From: Carcharhinus longimanus | Taxonomy: Eukaryota | Assembly (NCBI GenBank): GCA_030264375.1 | Contig: JASCQW010000132.1 | Coordinates: 77,403,953 to 77,467,952 of the forward strand | Length of the DNA stretch: 64,000 bases | Direction of reading: 5' to 3' | Part shown: positions 50,489 to 63,104 of the stretch, piece by piece | Numbering within the stretch: position 1 is the stretch's first letter | Layout of the letters: each line of letters starts with the position of its first letter | Program-made: the position numbers and the translations under genes | The notes under the pieces: model-generated | Told to the model about the DNA's origin: nothing | What the model saw: only the letters and a program-made list of their open reading frames with translations | Databases searched by the model: none

Positions 50489-52451
50489 GGGCAGAATTCT
50501 CCCAAAGCCTGGCAGAGTGTCAGATTCAGATTAAAACTGGTGTGTATCCCTCAAGATACACAGCCGTGTTTTCACTCCAGATTTTTTTCAGCATTTCCTA
50601 TTGTTATTTCAGATTTCCAGCATCCTCGGTATTCTGCTTTCTATTTCAGGAACCATCTTATAGCTTACATAACAGTATGGTTACATCTTTCATAAAGTCA
50701 TTCCCAATTTTAGATCAGAAATCAATCCTTCCTCATTTAGCCAACAATATCAAAGGACGGGAAGCATTGCTACAACAATGCTTTATTCTTAGATATTGCA
50801 CCTGGACAAATCATTTCCTGTTTTGAATTTTTGTTACTTCAAGGATTGTTTGAAGAAATGCTCTTAGGTTGAGTAATTGTTTTCAAAGCTGCACCTAACA
50901 TTTTTTTTCTTTTTACAAGTCATGGTGTGGAACCTGTGAATTGAAGCAATAGTTCAGCTTCACAAATTTTGCTGACCATTTTTGTGCTGCCTAATTCAGA
51001 CCAGATGCTTCCTCGGAATTAAACTTGAAAGGAGTTAAACAACTGAAGCTTCACATATTTTCAACTTTCAACTTTCATTAATTAAAATCACAGGCTTAGT
51101 AGGAAAGCTTAAATTAAAAAGCAAAAGTGTAGGGTGGGTGTGTTTTCTTAATTCCACAAAGGCTCCTGTGTGTCCTATTCAAAAGTGTGTTTAATCTAAA
51201 GGTCTTGTTTTGAACTTGACTGGCTGGAACATACAATGAAAATTGTGTTTCTAAAAACATGAAGTAAACACCTAATAGTAATACATTATCAGAGGAGGTC
51301 AACATTCTAACCTCTGTACACTTGAGAGTGATTTTTCTTTAAGTGACAGAAATACAATGACAAAAGAAAATTTATTTCCTCTTGCGGATATATGTTTTGA
51401 TCCAATATTTATACTCAGACTCCAGGTACAGTTAACATCTGATTCGTAACCTTCACTTTTTCGACTTTAGCTATAATATCTACTGATTATATGAATTCAA
51501 CAGTCAGCGTTCAAGATAAGTATCATTTTCCTATCAAAACCCTACATTTGGTGAAATAAATGTTAATTCTTATAAATTACCAACGTTCTAGCTGTTCATA
51601 CATTATTTTATAAATTTCCCCTTTTGCTATTTGTTACACATGCATTCCTGCAAAGTTGCTGTTTCTTCCCCCATTAATTTGAGGAATAAACTATAGAAAC
51701 GTTTCTCTCTATGGTATTATTTAATGACAAACATAGCAGAAGTTACAGTCGAGGGTGAAATGTTGCAGCTGTCTGTCTGAGTATTTTCCCATTGCCTCAG
51801 GAGGCTGATATTCCATTCCTACCCATACTGCAGATTTGTACAAGACTTTAAAATGCAATCGCACCACTTCTTGAGAGTAAATGCTGGAGAGTTGTGTAGT
51901 TAGGTCATATTTCAGAAGGAAAACCTTTAGCTCTTTCCACCAGTTTTGTTTGGGGCTTTGAGACAGGAAGTTCCGTTTGGATGCTTATAAACACCTAGCA
52001 TTATTTTACGTGGGTTGCAAATGTAAAACAAAAGCTGTGCATATCTCGAGTGGGTTACTCTCTCCATTGTAGCAAATGATTGGGAAAATCTTGAGGGAGT
52101 TCAGTTCAGACAATTGGCAAGTGGTTCTGAGCATTAAGGTATTTTTGAATCCAGATTATTGCAAATTCTCATATAAGTGATCTAATAGCCATCTGAGTTC
52201 CAATTACAAAGCAGCATCGATTGTGAAAAAGCCTCACATAACACTATCTGTAAAGTGAGAGAAGACAGTGATGGTTTGACATGTTGGAGAACTAGAAATA
52301 TCAACCATTGTTCTATCACCATGAAGTATTTTAAGTTGTCTTTTGTAAAACATAGCACAGATAATGGGAAATACCATTCTCTGTTGAAACTACAGAGTTA
52401 AATCTATCAATACTTGATACCTTGGCACAAAAAACGAGAATTTTGAAATAA

Positions 52452-52620
52452 AAAACAGAAAAGGACAGGAAAACTCATCTGGTCAGGCAATATCTGTGGA
52501 GAGAAAAATAAAGTTGATCTTCCAAGTTGATGGCATTTCATCAGAACTGAAATGTTAACACTGATTCTTGTTCTGCAGGTGCTGTCTGATGCTCTGAGTA
52601 TTTCCAATATTTTCTGTTTA
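52452..52620. repeat. Imperfect palindromic Penelope-like element
   Basis: aaacagaaaa..ggaaaactca..tcaggca at the left mirrors tgtctga..tgagtatttcc..ttttctgttt at the right; central ttcatcag. Confidence 0.65.
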
Positions 52621-52637
52621 TGCATAAGTATTTGATA

Positions 52638-52870
52638 AGACCATAAGAAATAAGAACTGGAGTAGTTAGTTTGGCCTCTTGAGTTTTTCTATTCAGTAGG
52701 ATCATGGCTGATCCATTTTCCTGCCCTTCCCCCCTTGATTCTCTTATTGATCAAAAATCTATTTATCTAAATATGCATGAGGGTTCTGGCCCACAGCTCT
52801 CTGCGGCGAAGAGTGACAGCCCTCTGAGCAATGAAATTTCTCCTCATCTCAGTCTTAAATTGGCATCCCT
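52638..52870 (-). mobile_element. CR1 3' end fragment
   Basis: cataagaaataagaact tail, aggatcatggctgatc, aaatttctcctcatctcagtcttaaat. Confidence 0.75.
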
Positions 52871-52949
52871 TGATATGCAGCTTAAAGCTCAGGTTTGAGA
52901 AATTTCCAATGAAGTATCCCTTCAGCTATATAAAATTAAATTTTGATAA

Positions 52950-53708
52950 TGTGACGTTAGTATTCCTTTAAGGAAGGCTTTTTTAAAATCATGATTTCTT
53001 AGCTCACAGCCTCAGCTCATGTCATTATTGTTGCTGGGCTGGCTACCTTTTTTATTGCTCCTTAAGTAGATTTGTTGGGAGTTGCTTGTTTTCATTTTAT
53101 GATTTTTTTATAACTCTACATTGTTAGGAGGAAAAATGTTGGTTGGCAGGTCAGGTGTCAGAGCTTCTTTCATTTTCAGTTCTGAACTACAGTTTTGTTT
53201 TAGAAGGGACAGCAAGCTGAAAAGAAGTGTTTTCTCTCTCTCCCTGTTGTTTTGGGAATTCTGAAAAAGAGATCTTACCTTCCTGCAGTAAAGATTCTGC
53301 AGTGGTTCTGAGAAGCTATTTTGACTTCAACTTCTTCTGAATGAATCCAGAAGACTGCAGACTTCAACCAAAGGGCTCAAATTCCAGTATCACATGAAGA
53401 TTTGACTTTGCTGTGTTGAACCTGTTTAAAGGGTTTTGTCAATGGAAGGTTTTGGTTGGGATATCTTGGATATATTCATTAAGGGTTATATATTGTAGTG
53501 GTTGGTTTGTTCATGTTTGTAATTGATAAAAATTCTTGCTAATTTTCTTAATATACCTGATTCTTAAATAAATTTGTTTGCTAAAATCATTTGAATCATA
53601 TGCGAAGTGAAACACATCACGCTTATCCTAGCCAAATTCAAGCTGCAAAACTTATAATGCAGACAGGTTCCATAAAACACTTTGGAGATTCTAATCTGAA
53701 CCATAACA
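52950..53708 (+). mobile_element. Solo LTR
   Basis: TGTGAC...ATAACA termini; flanking ATAA/ATAG, a 4-bp TSD with one mismatch; AATAAA at ~53567. Confidence 0.65.
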
Positions 53709-54348
53709 ATAGCTGTCTTTTTTTTTTATATTCTATATTGCCCTCTATTAATGAAAACTAATTTGAATGGTGCAATCCTAACTTTTTGGTCAGCATTTAA
53801 AGAAATATATTTTTCAAATCCAAGAAATAAAAAAATTTGCCCCAATTTTACAAGATTTACATTTATGTTGAAATACTTTCAGTCAGGATGTGTGTAAAAC
53901 TGTGTGAACAGGCTTACTCATTCGAACTGTTGCCAGTTATTTTTATAAATGCTCTGTATCACTTAAGGAATGAGTGACTTCAATGGTGTTCATGTGAAGG
54001 AATACATTTCTGGACTACCATTAACTAAGGTCATTTTTCTGGCAATCACTTGGGGAGATTCATTAAATGGAAAAGTCCAATTTTCCTGTGTTGACCTAGA
54101 TTGTAGTTACCATCTCTGAAGAGCAAAAAAAAATCAACAACAGCACTAAAAACTATAACATCTGACTAAAGTACTTCTGTTGCTATTGGTAACCCTTGCA
54201 AAATTATCAGATATTTAAAAAGAAAATGCACAGCTGTCCAGTCAGTGATTGAAATTGGAAGGTGGTGTAATGTTTTTGATGTGAGCCTTAAATTCTGCTA
54301 AAGAGTCACACTCAAAACAATAGCCTTTTTTTTAATTTTGCTTGACAG

Positions 54349-54576
54349 AGTGCAAATCCCAAAATTGAGGTTTGAAGTTGATGTATAAGACAAGGGTGTG
54401 AAGTTACTAGTGTACATGTGCTGGAAGACCTATGGATGTTATCCTCATGTTACAGAGCCCAAGAGCTGATAGACGCTAGGTTGCCAAATTTGGTCAATAA
54501 ATGTATTGGCTGCTTCTTTGTTGTTCACTATGCAAACAAGCATGGATCTAAACTATTATTTAAAAGGGCAAGCGAG
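54349..54576 (+). other. Candidate spliced exon (5'UTR/first coding or lncRNA)
   Basis: Acceptor tttttttaattttgcttgacag| and consensus donor GAG|gtaagt; all three frames have stops in the first 40 nt; Kozak aagcATGg at 54542. Confidence 0.35.
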
Positions 54577-55061
54577 GTAAGTTTTTAAAATATGTTTTTT
54601 ATGTTAGGAAACCTCAGGAAGTGCCCCAAAATGTGCTTGTAGATGTTTCAGTAAATTCCTGGATTTGCCAGAGCGTGCTACCAGACCTGAACAGTGGGTG
54701 GGGAATGAGGGGGAAGGGAATGGGGCAGAGGAGTATCTGATTTATCCCAAAAAGCTTGCAACAGGTATGGGGTTAACAAGTGGCAGTGCATTTGGGTCTG
54801 CAGAATGACAGCAAAATGGACTAGAGGCTGCAGAGAGGGAAACTCTGTACCATCCCTTCTGCCAAGCTGGAGCCAGACTCCTCCATTCTCCTTGACAGCT
54901 ATGCCTAGCAGGTCAACCCAACGCACCCTATGCCTCAATATTCCAAACAGCATTTTCCTGTATATTGAGGTCTTTATCTGAATTTTGTGCAGTTATATTC
55001 ACCATCTGGTAAGCTGGCAAATTAATCACCCTTTACCCTTGGCTTAGTTACAAACTCATTC

Positions 55062-55320
55062 AAAGAACAAAGAACAAAGAACAAAGAACAACACAGCACG
55101 GGAAACAGGCCCTTCGGCCCAACGAGCCCGCGCCGCNNNNNNNNNNNNNNNNNNNNNNNNNNNNNNNNNNNNNNNNNNNNNNNNNNNNNNNNNNNNNNNN
55201 NNNNNNNNNNNNNNNNNNNNNNNNNNNNNNNNNNNNCCCCTCACCCTAAGCCCGTGACCCCTCGTTCTATCCATTTCTAATAGAGGAAAAAGCTTACCCC
55301 CATTTACTCTATCATGCCCA
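55062..55320 (-). mobile_element. CR1 LINE 3' end (spans a gap)
   Basis: (aagaaca)n tail, ggcccttcggccca; MDRTRGHGLRVR. Confidence 0.9.
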
Positions 55321-55799
55321 CTTGGCTCCCTATGTATTTATCAAATTCTGTATGAGACTTTAAGGTAGGTACAGTGCCTATGCCTGAGTTGGTGACAATG
55401 ATTTTCAGATTGAGTGATGGTGCCTCTTTATTAGTGCTAGGTTATTGCTCTTTTACCCCTTTCTCGGATTACTCTGACTGGCCCACATTGTTATATGGAG
55501 GCATAGGCAAATCATAAATCTCAAGCCCCTGTGCTCCAAGGGCAAAGCTATCCAATTATGGTTTTTTTATCACGTGCACTTATGCAATATCAAACAATAC
55601 ATCTAGGCAGCAAGTGATACATAGTTAAAAGACCCAAATTAGCGATGCATGGCACTCAAATTAATGGGAATATAGTTCTGAATATGTGTGGAGCTATCTT
55701 ACTAGTTGGCTTTGTTTTAATATTAGGAAAGAGCAGAAATTTTGGGCAATATTATATTAAGGAAGGCCATATGTATGTTTTCAAAGTGCCTAGTTTACA

Positions 55800-56770
55800 G
55801 AATAACAGAATTATTACAGCCCAGAGGGAGGCCATTCTGCCTGTTGTGTTGGTATCGGGTCTCCAAATGATGAATTCTTCTAGTTGCATTCTTCCACCTT
55901 CTCCACAGAATACTGCGCATACTTCCTTTTCACATAGTAATCCAATTCTCTCTTGAATACCTTGATCAAATCTACCTCCATCATGCCTTCAGACAGCACA
56001 TTCTAGATCTTAACTACTCTCTGCTTGAAAAAGTTACTCACTCCTCATGTTGCCAATGCTTCTTTTGCCTCAAATCTGTGCAGTTTAATTCTCGGTTCCT
56101 CCACCAATGGAAATAGTTTCTCCAATCTACTCTCTAGGATGCAATCCCTCTTGATTTTGAATACCTCTATCAAATCTCCTTTCAACATTCTCTTCTCCTA
56201 AGGAAAGAGTGCTAATCTCTCCAATTTATCTATGTAACTGAACCTTCCCATTCCTTTGTTCATTTGAGTGAATTTTTTCTGCACTCTCTCTAACATTGTT
56301 ATATCGTTCTTAAAGTGTGGCGCCCAGAACTGGACATAATGGCTGGAATTCTTCAATTCACCCTGGCCTGTTTCGGTTTCACAGTGGCTTGGGGTGACAT
56401 CAAAGAGAAATAGATAATCCCGCCACCAGTGAACAACAGCCTGCCTTCAACAACACCCATACAGCTGGGAGGTCGGAGAATCTCAGCATACATTCTAGTT
56501 GAGGCTGGACCAATGTTTTATTCAAGCTTGCTCTTCTACTCTATGGCATTATTAAAAAGCCTGGGCTCCTATTTGATTTATTAATCATGCTCTCAACTTG
56601 TCCTGCCATCTTCAATGACTTGTGCACATATACACCCCTAGCTCTTGCATCTACTTTAGAGTTATTCCCTTTATTTTACATTGATTCTTACTGTTCTAAC
56701 AAAATGAGTCATTTCAAACTTCTCTGCAGTGAATTTTAACTGTCATTTATCCATCAATTACATTACCTTG
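55800..56770 (-). mobile_element. CR1 LINE 3' part with a small MITE inserted at ~56340-56488
   Basis: Colinear with 11370-12180; insert bounded by ggctggaattct / agaatctcagc. Confidence 0.8.
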
Positions 56771-57459
56771 ATTCTGTCCTTTTGCCTAGAGTTGAAGTTG
56801 AAGTTAAAGGCCCCTGACCATCATCATCATTATTTATTATTTTGGCCATCATCATCGTTGACACTGGGGTATCAGAACATCCCCCTTCACCCCACACACC
56901 ACTTCCCATCTCCACTCCCTCTGCAATACAGGGAACCACCTTCCCTCCCCCAATGTATATATTTCCCTTCTTCCTCCTTACATAATGGGAAGTGCCCAAT
57001 GGGGTTTCCTAAAGGCCCAGCCCTTGGTCCCACACCTAGCCCTACTCCAGTGTGAGTATAGTGTAGGGAGTATAAATCTCCACACCCCTGTCCTGTTATG
57101 GCCTACTTGGAAGACTTAGCGGCCATAATAGGATTTGCGTTTGTGGCTAAACAAAGCCAGAAAATCACCCCCATCGGCTTGAAGTTTTATTGTTGACTGT
57201 GGGACCACTAGAAAACTTGCATGTATAAACTTGCATGTATGTTTCTGCTTGAGATGAAGGAAGATAATTTCATCATCCTCTTCAAACCAGTCTTGCTGCC
57301 CTGTGCTTGCAATATCCCATCTACAGCTTTCGATAATGTGACTTGACTTGGTCTATGACATTTGCTCTCCAAGCTAAAATTGTTTTTAACTCCTGTGCCT
57401 TTCATATAATGGAATGGATAGATGTGTTTGAGCCTGTGGTGAGATGCCTGGTATCGTAA

Positions 57460-57606
57460 TTTGCAATAGTCAACAGCCTAAAGCAAGGATCCCATGATGG
57501 CTCCCCAACTCTTCGATCTCTTCTTTTCTACAATTACCCAGGGTAATGCCTACAGGTATCAACATTAGGTTCCATTCAGGAAAGCTTTTCAATCTCTCCG
57601 GACTCC
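57460..57606 (+). mobile_element. Old RTE LINE RT fragment
   Basis: FAIVNSLKQGS / MAPQLFDLFFST / GINIRFHSGKLFNLSGL resembles RTE GVKQGCVLAPTLF..YRTDGKLFNL. Confidence 0.6.
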
Positions 57607-57914
57607 ATTTTTCCAGCATTGCTCGCTTAAGCACCTCAACTGACAGCAGGGCAGAAGGAGCATCCTGGATTTAATTGGGATAGAAGCAGAAACATAGCAG
57701 TGTCCCCAGCCCGCACCCTACCACATGATTAATTGACCAGGAAATGTGCCATGGAGGGAGGGCATTAAACTCCACCCAGTGTCTCCAAGACCAAGGTTAC
57801 ATTTCAGCCAACATCAGGCGCACACTATGAAGCAGATAGTCTTTAGATTGAATGGAACCATAGACTGATTTGCCTTGTAATTTCTTTCTGCTACAAGCAT
57901 GATATTTGGGGATA

Positions 57915-58005
57915 CGGGAATGAAATCTGCATGGGATTGTGGTCAGTGCAGACTCAATGGGCCAAATGGTCTCCTTCTGCACTGTAGGGATTCTGTGATT
58001 CTATG
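57915..58005 (+). mobile_element. HE1/CR1-type 3' tail fragment
   Basis: gactcaatgggccaaatggtctccttctgcactgtagggattctgtgattctatg. Confidence 0.85.
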
Positions 58006-58985
58006 ACACAAAAGATTTGATGTATTAGCTTCAGAAAGGGCCAAAGAGCCCTTCTGGAAGAGGCATGGACAGTCAAATATTTAGTTTTGCGTCAAAGGTT
58101 TGAATGTCTGCCCCTTCGCCGAGGGCTGGGGGTGGTTGGGGGGGAACGAGGGAGGTGTTTTCTGTGGAGGCAGGCACTGAGGTTTGCAGGGAAACTCCCG
58201 TCTCCTCCAATATTTTGCAAGCACCAGNNNNNNNNNNCCAGAGTTTCCAGCATGTTTACAGGAATGCAGGTCTCTGCTAACACCACATGAATGCAGTGAC
58301 CTCTCTGTTTAGATCAGTGATGGGGATTACCAACCACATAACCACTGAAAATGCTAGGGATTTTTAAGCATCTGTATTTTGACATTGTATTAATTTGTTG
58401 TAAATGCAGTAGCCATTAATTCACCATGGTTTCATGAATAAATATATTTAAAAATACCCTGATCATTACACATGGTAGAACATTTTGAAGAGAGCAATCT
58501 ACTGATTTCAATTTGATGTTTTCTCAAGGCAATACGTCCAAAAAAATTACTAAAATATTTATGCATTCCACAGCCACTTAACTCAATTACTGTCAGACCT
58601 TGTGACTTTACAGTTGAAATGTTAAACTATTAAAGTTAAAGAAATTAGTCACAATAATGCTGTCAGCTTGAATGTGCATTAAATGTATAAAGTATGCCAA
58701 ATACAAACCCTGATTGAAGCCAGCCAGATACTTAACAAATAAAATCTGTTAACGGTTGACCACCCTCCACTGTCCCCCTTCCCCCATCCCCTCACCACAC
58801 AATATTTTAAACCATTCTTGATCCCTAAGGAAGGAATTTACGTTATTGTGTAAAACAAGTTGACATTTTAATAGATTGACCAATTTATACGGTCTGCCAC
58901 TGAGTCACTGACATTATACTTCAGTTTACTTTATTTCCTAAATGTCAGGGATAAAAACTATTAATCTTTCATCTAAACAGATAGT

Positions 58986-59121
58986 GGGTGGAATTTTCCC
59001 ATCCCATGCAACACAGGAATCATAGCAGGCAGGACAGAAAATTGGGGGACTGTTTAAAGGTCTGTTGACCTGGGGTGGAAATTTACAGCCTTGGAGCATG
59101 CATGGCTGAAAAATCTCACCC
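58986..59121. mobile_element. 136-bp MITE with 3-bp TSD (Harbinger-type)
   Basis: TIRs gggtggaattttc / gaaaaatctcaccc; AGT on both flanks (58983-58985, 59122-59124). Confidence 0.75.
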
Positions 59122-59151
59122 AGTCTAATAATTAGACCTAACCCACATTTG

Positions 59152-59472
59152 ACTTTTTAACTTTAAAGTTTTTTTAAGTTTATTTATTAGTGTCGCAAGT
59201 AGGCTTACATTAATACTGCAATTAAGTTACTATGAAAATTCCCTTGTTGCCACACTCCAGCACCTGTTCAGGTACACTAAGGGACAATTTAGCCTGGCCA
59301 ATTGCAACAAACCAGCGTGCCTTTCGAACTGTGGGAGAAAACTGGAGCACCCGGAGGAAACCCATGCAGACACGGGGAGAGCATACAAACTCCACACAGA
59401 CAATGACCCAAGGTGGGAATCTAACCCAGGTCCCAGGAACTGTGAGGCAGCAGTGTGAACCACTGTGCCACT
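59152..59472 (-). mobile_element. V-SINE (alternative-tail subfamily), full length
   Basis: Reverse complement of 35503-35800, including the tRNA head and V-domain. Confidence 0.92.
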
Positions 59473-60674
59473 GTGAAGCAAGCATATTACCAATTTAATT
59501 AACATTTCTTAAAAATATTTTTATTCAAGGTTAAGGAAAGGCTGTTGAGTGTCAATGTGATGGCATATGTCAGATTAAACCTTTGCTTTCTCTGCCATTT
59601 GTTACTGATTTCTATATTACATAGGTTTGAACACATTCTATTCAGTTTCCAAATGGACACATATCCACAGTGTATGCCCAACACTGACTGTAACTAATTT
59701 GGCAAACCTGATGTGAGAAGCCATACAGAAGGAGATTTGGAAAATTGAAGTGTCCCACTTGTGCAATAATAGTGACTGGCATGGTAGCAATTTCAAGAAA
59801 ACATTAAATACATCTCCTACATAGATGGCAACACAACCCTCAAGACTCATGCTAGTATTTAGATTGCTCTGATATCTAGGATACTTTGTAAAGCAGAGTA
59901 CCTTTCTGGTGTCACAGATTCTACTAACAGGAAGTGATGATGTTAATGCTCCAGAATAACACCGCACATCCATTGCATGTACTGACCTGGGGTTTCTATT
60001 CAGCTGCGTTGGTTTCTTTGGTGTAATTCAGCCAAGGTTGTAACTGGCACAAGACACTGTGGAATTTTAAGTGTTAATTATTTTCTGTGTATCTCAGATT
60101 TCTAAGCTCTTTTGCATTAGTGTAAAAAATATTCCACTGGAATCAGGCTCCACCCACAAAACTGAACATGTCTAGGCATGTATTAATCACCTTTGGGAGT
60201 TTCCATAATTGTTTTGTTTGCAGGCATTTGAGGACATTCTATAAAGTTAACTGATTTTTTTGAGTGCAAGAACGTTCATAAGCATCATCTGAAAGCTTTA
60301 GAATGTATTTCTTTAATTTACTAAGAAACTGACCACTATACCTCAATATGACTGGGAAATAATTTTGCATTTTTTTAAGTTCTTTTCACTCATTTTAAGT
60401 CAGACACGTTGACATAACTAAAAATGTGTTTTTTGTGATAAATCCATTTCAGTTGTATTAAACTGCACCAGGTTACCACTGTTACAATGAGCAGTTATAT
60501 CACAATTTTTTAGAAAAACTATTCTGAAGGTTCCATTTTTTAAAAGCTCTGACTGAGTTTAAAGACTATTCGCAAAATAGCTCCAGGCTACCAGACGGTG
60601 ATGTGGATTTTAATCATCTTTCTGTTATCTCCCGAGAAGACCAGGATGCATTCCTCAGACATACACATTGAAAA

Positions 60675-61112
60675 GGGGAGGTATTATTATAGTGGTAATG
60701 TCACTGGATAAGTAATGCAGAGGACTAAAAGAGAAAATGCTGAAAAATCTCAGCAGGTCTGGCGCCTCTAATTCTCTAGGGGAACAGGCTCAAATCCCAC
60801 CTCGGCAGTTGGTGGAATTTAAATTCAGTTCATAAAATCTGGAATTGAAAGCGTGTTTCAGTAATAGGGACCACGTCAGCTAATACCGGTTGTTGTAAAA
60901 ACCCATCTGGTTTACTAATATCCTTTAGGGAAAAAATCTATCATCCTTATCTGGTTTGGCCTACATGTGGCTCCAGACACACAACAATGTTTTTGACTCG
61001 TAAATGCCCTCTAAAATGGCCTAGAAAACCATTCAATTCAAGGGCAATTAGGTATGGGTAATAAATGTTGGCCTTGTCAGTGATGCCCACATTCCAACAA
61101 AAGGATAAATTT
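60675..61112 (+). mobile_element. Family-B tRNA-derived SINE, full length, with a ~40-bp Penelope-like insert at ~60727-60765
   Basis: A-box-like tagtggtaatgtcactgga, B-box ggctcaaatcc, body aaacccatctggtttactaat, tail caagggcaattagg..aataaatgttggcc..gcccacattcc. Confidence 0.88.
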
Positions 61113-61777
61113 AAAATTCAATGAACGTTCTAAAATAGGTTTGAATGCTTTCTGTTCAAACACAAAAATGCTTAACTAATAAGCAACTGTAAGGTGTGGA
61201 CAACCATGACCTTTCTGACCACTACAAGGGCAAGGAGACACTGGATAGCTGCAATTGGATTACCACTTGCCTTATACAGAAAGTGACACAGCAATGTTTT
61301 ATAGATCACATGATAACAGTGGCCATCTTGCTTTACCTGCAAAAAAGCATTGAAAAAAACCAGGAAAATGGTAGAAATGCATTGTTGCAAGATATTTCTT
61401 TTAAATATATCAAGAAATGTTTTTAAAAGTAAAACTTTTTAAAAAGTCCTTAAATGGAAATTGATTGCATGTGAGCAATGTGTGAAAGAGCTGCAGCAGA
61501 ACTCGAGAGAAAAATATCTTTTTAAAATAGACACAATTTTGGGGAATTTGAATTTGTTTAGCCTACTGTGCCCAAATTGTAACTCTATCACATTATATTA
61601 ACCTAACTATAAAAGGATTTCCTTATTATTCACCTATATCAATAAAATTAGATTTAAATCACTGCTTGTGAAAAATTTAAATCAATCCCATGGACTTGTA
61701 TTGTTGCTGTGCCAGGGCTTTATTGACAGGCTTTTCAAATTGACGTCAATTCAACACAGAAACCTTAGTGTATTTAG

Positions 61778-62100
61778 TTTTATTCATTAATTTATGGGAC
61801 GTGGGCGTCACTGGCTGGGCCAATATTTATTGCTCATCCCTGAGGGCAGTTAAGAGTCAACCACATTGTTGTGTGTCTGGAGTCACATGTAAGGATGGCA
61901 GATTTTCTTCCCTAAAGACCATTAGTGAACCAGATAGGTTTTTACTTCAATCAGCAATAGTTTTGTGGTTATCATTAGACTTTTAATTCCAGATTTTTTA
62001 CTGAATTCAAATTTCACCATCCACCATTGTGGGATTCAAACCCTGAAGCATTTCCCTGTGTCTCTGGGTTACTAGTCCAGTGACAATACCATTATGCCAA
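61778..62100 (-). mobile_element. Family-B tRNA-derived SINE
   Basis: Reverse complement of 60690-61100. Confidence 0.88.
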
Positions 62101-62904
62101 ATCTTAATTGCTGTGCTCTTTTCATTCTGATCATTTTGTTTAACTTATTGAGGTTGTTCTTTGATTATATTGTGAAACAAAACTTTGAATTCTGATGACC
62201 ATGATATCTTTTGCCAACAGCATTGATGTAGATCCACTCAGAATAAAAATGGTCTAACAGGCCAGGAAAGCTTCAATCCCTGCCTATGCTGAGTGAGCTC
62301 AGGGGGCTGTCAGAATCAGCACGTATGGAAGTAGGATCCCACAGCTAGAGGGAGAATCAGTTCAACTAGTCTTCGTGCTCATGATCAATATCTATTGATT
62401 CCTGCTGGAAAGGATGATTAGAACTGAACAATGTATCAGAGAACCTAAACTGTGCCTCAATGTGAGCCAGCACCTTCAGATATGGAATGAAAAGCAGGGA
62501 GAAAATTAGGAAAAATGAAATCATCAATACAAGTTCCTGTCAAGCACCTTGGCATGTTTTATTATGTTAAGATTCTATATAAATGCAACTTGTGATTACA
62601 AAAAGGTGAAAGCATGGATTAGTTCTAATTTTATTACAATACTCCTTTCACCATACCGCACTGAAACCTTTAGTGTCATGAAAACAAGGACTTCTGTTTT
62701 CTTTAATTTTGTGATCTTGAATGGGGTGAATACAAAGTTAAAAATTGTTTCAGCTCACTTTGTCTTTGAGAGGATCTTATGTGAATTTCCCTTCCTTCTT
62801 GCCAGTGTTAGACATAAGTGCAATCATACCCAGTCCTCCCAGTCAATGAGAAATACTTGATGTCCTAAATTTATCTTACTGATTATTTCAAATTTTGAAC
62901 TAAT

Positions 62905-63065
62905 TTTGTATTGAGGGAGGAATGTTGGTCAGGACGTCACAAGAACTGTTTCACTATTTAATATAGACTTCAAATAGCCTAACAAGAAGCTGGGCCTTGT
63001 TTCTCACTTGAAAAATTGTGTGTCCACCGACTCAGCAACACCTCTGTAGTACTGAATTCAGGTGA
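62905..63065 (-). mobile_element. DeuSINE fragment
   Basis: ttgagggaggaatgttggtcaggac..gggccttgttt..ctcagcaacacctctgtagtactg resembles the recalled Deu domain. Confidence 0.45.
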
Positions 63066-63104
63066 CAACCTGGATGATAGACCAAATATAGTTGTTGTAG
63101 CAAT

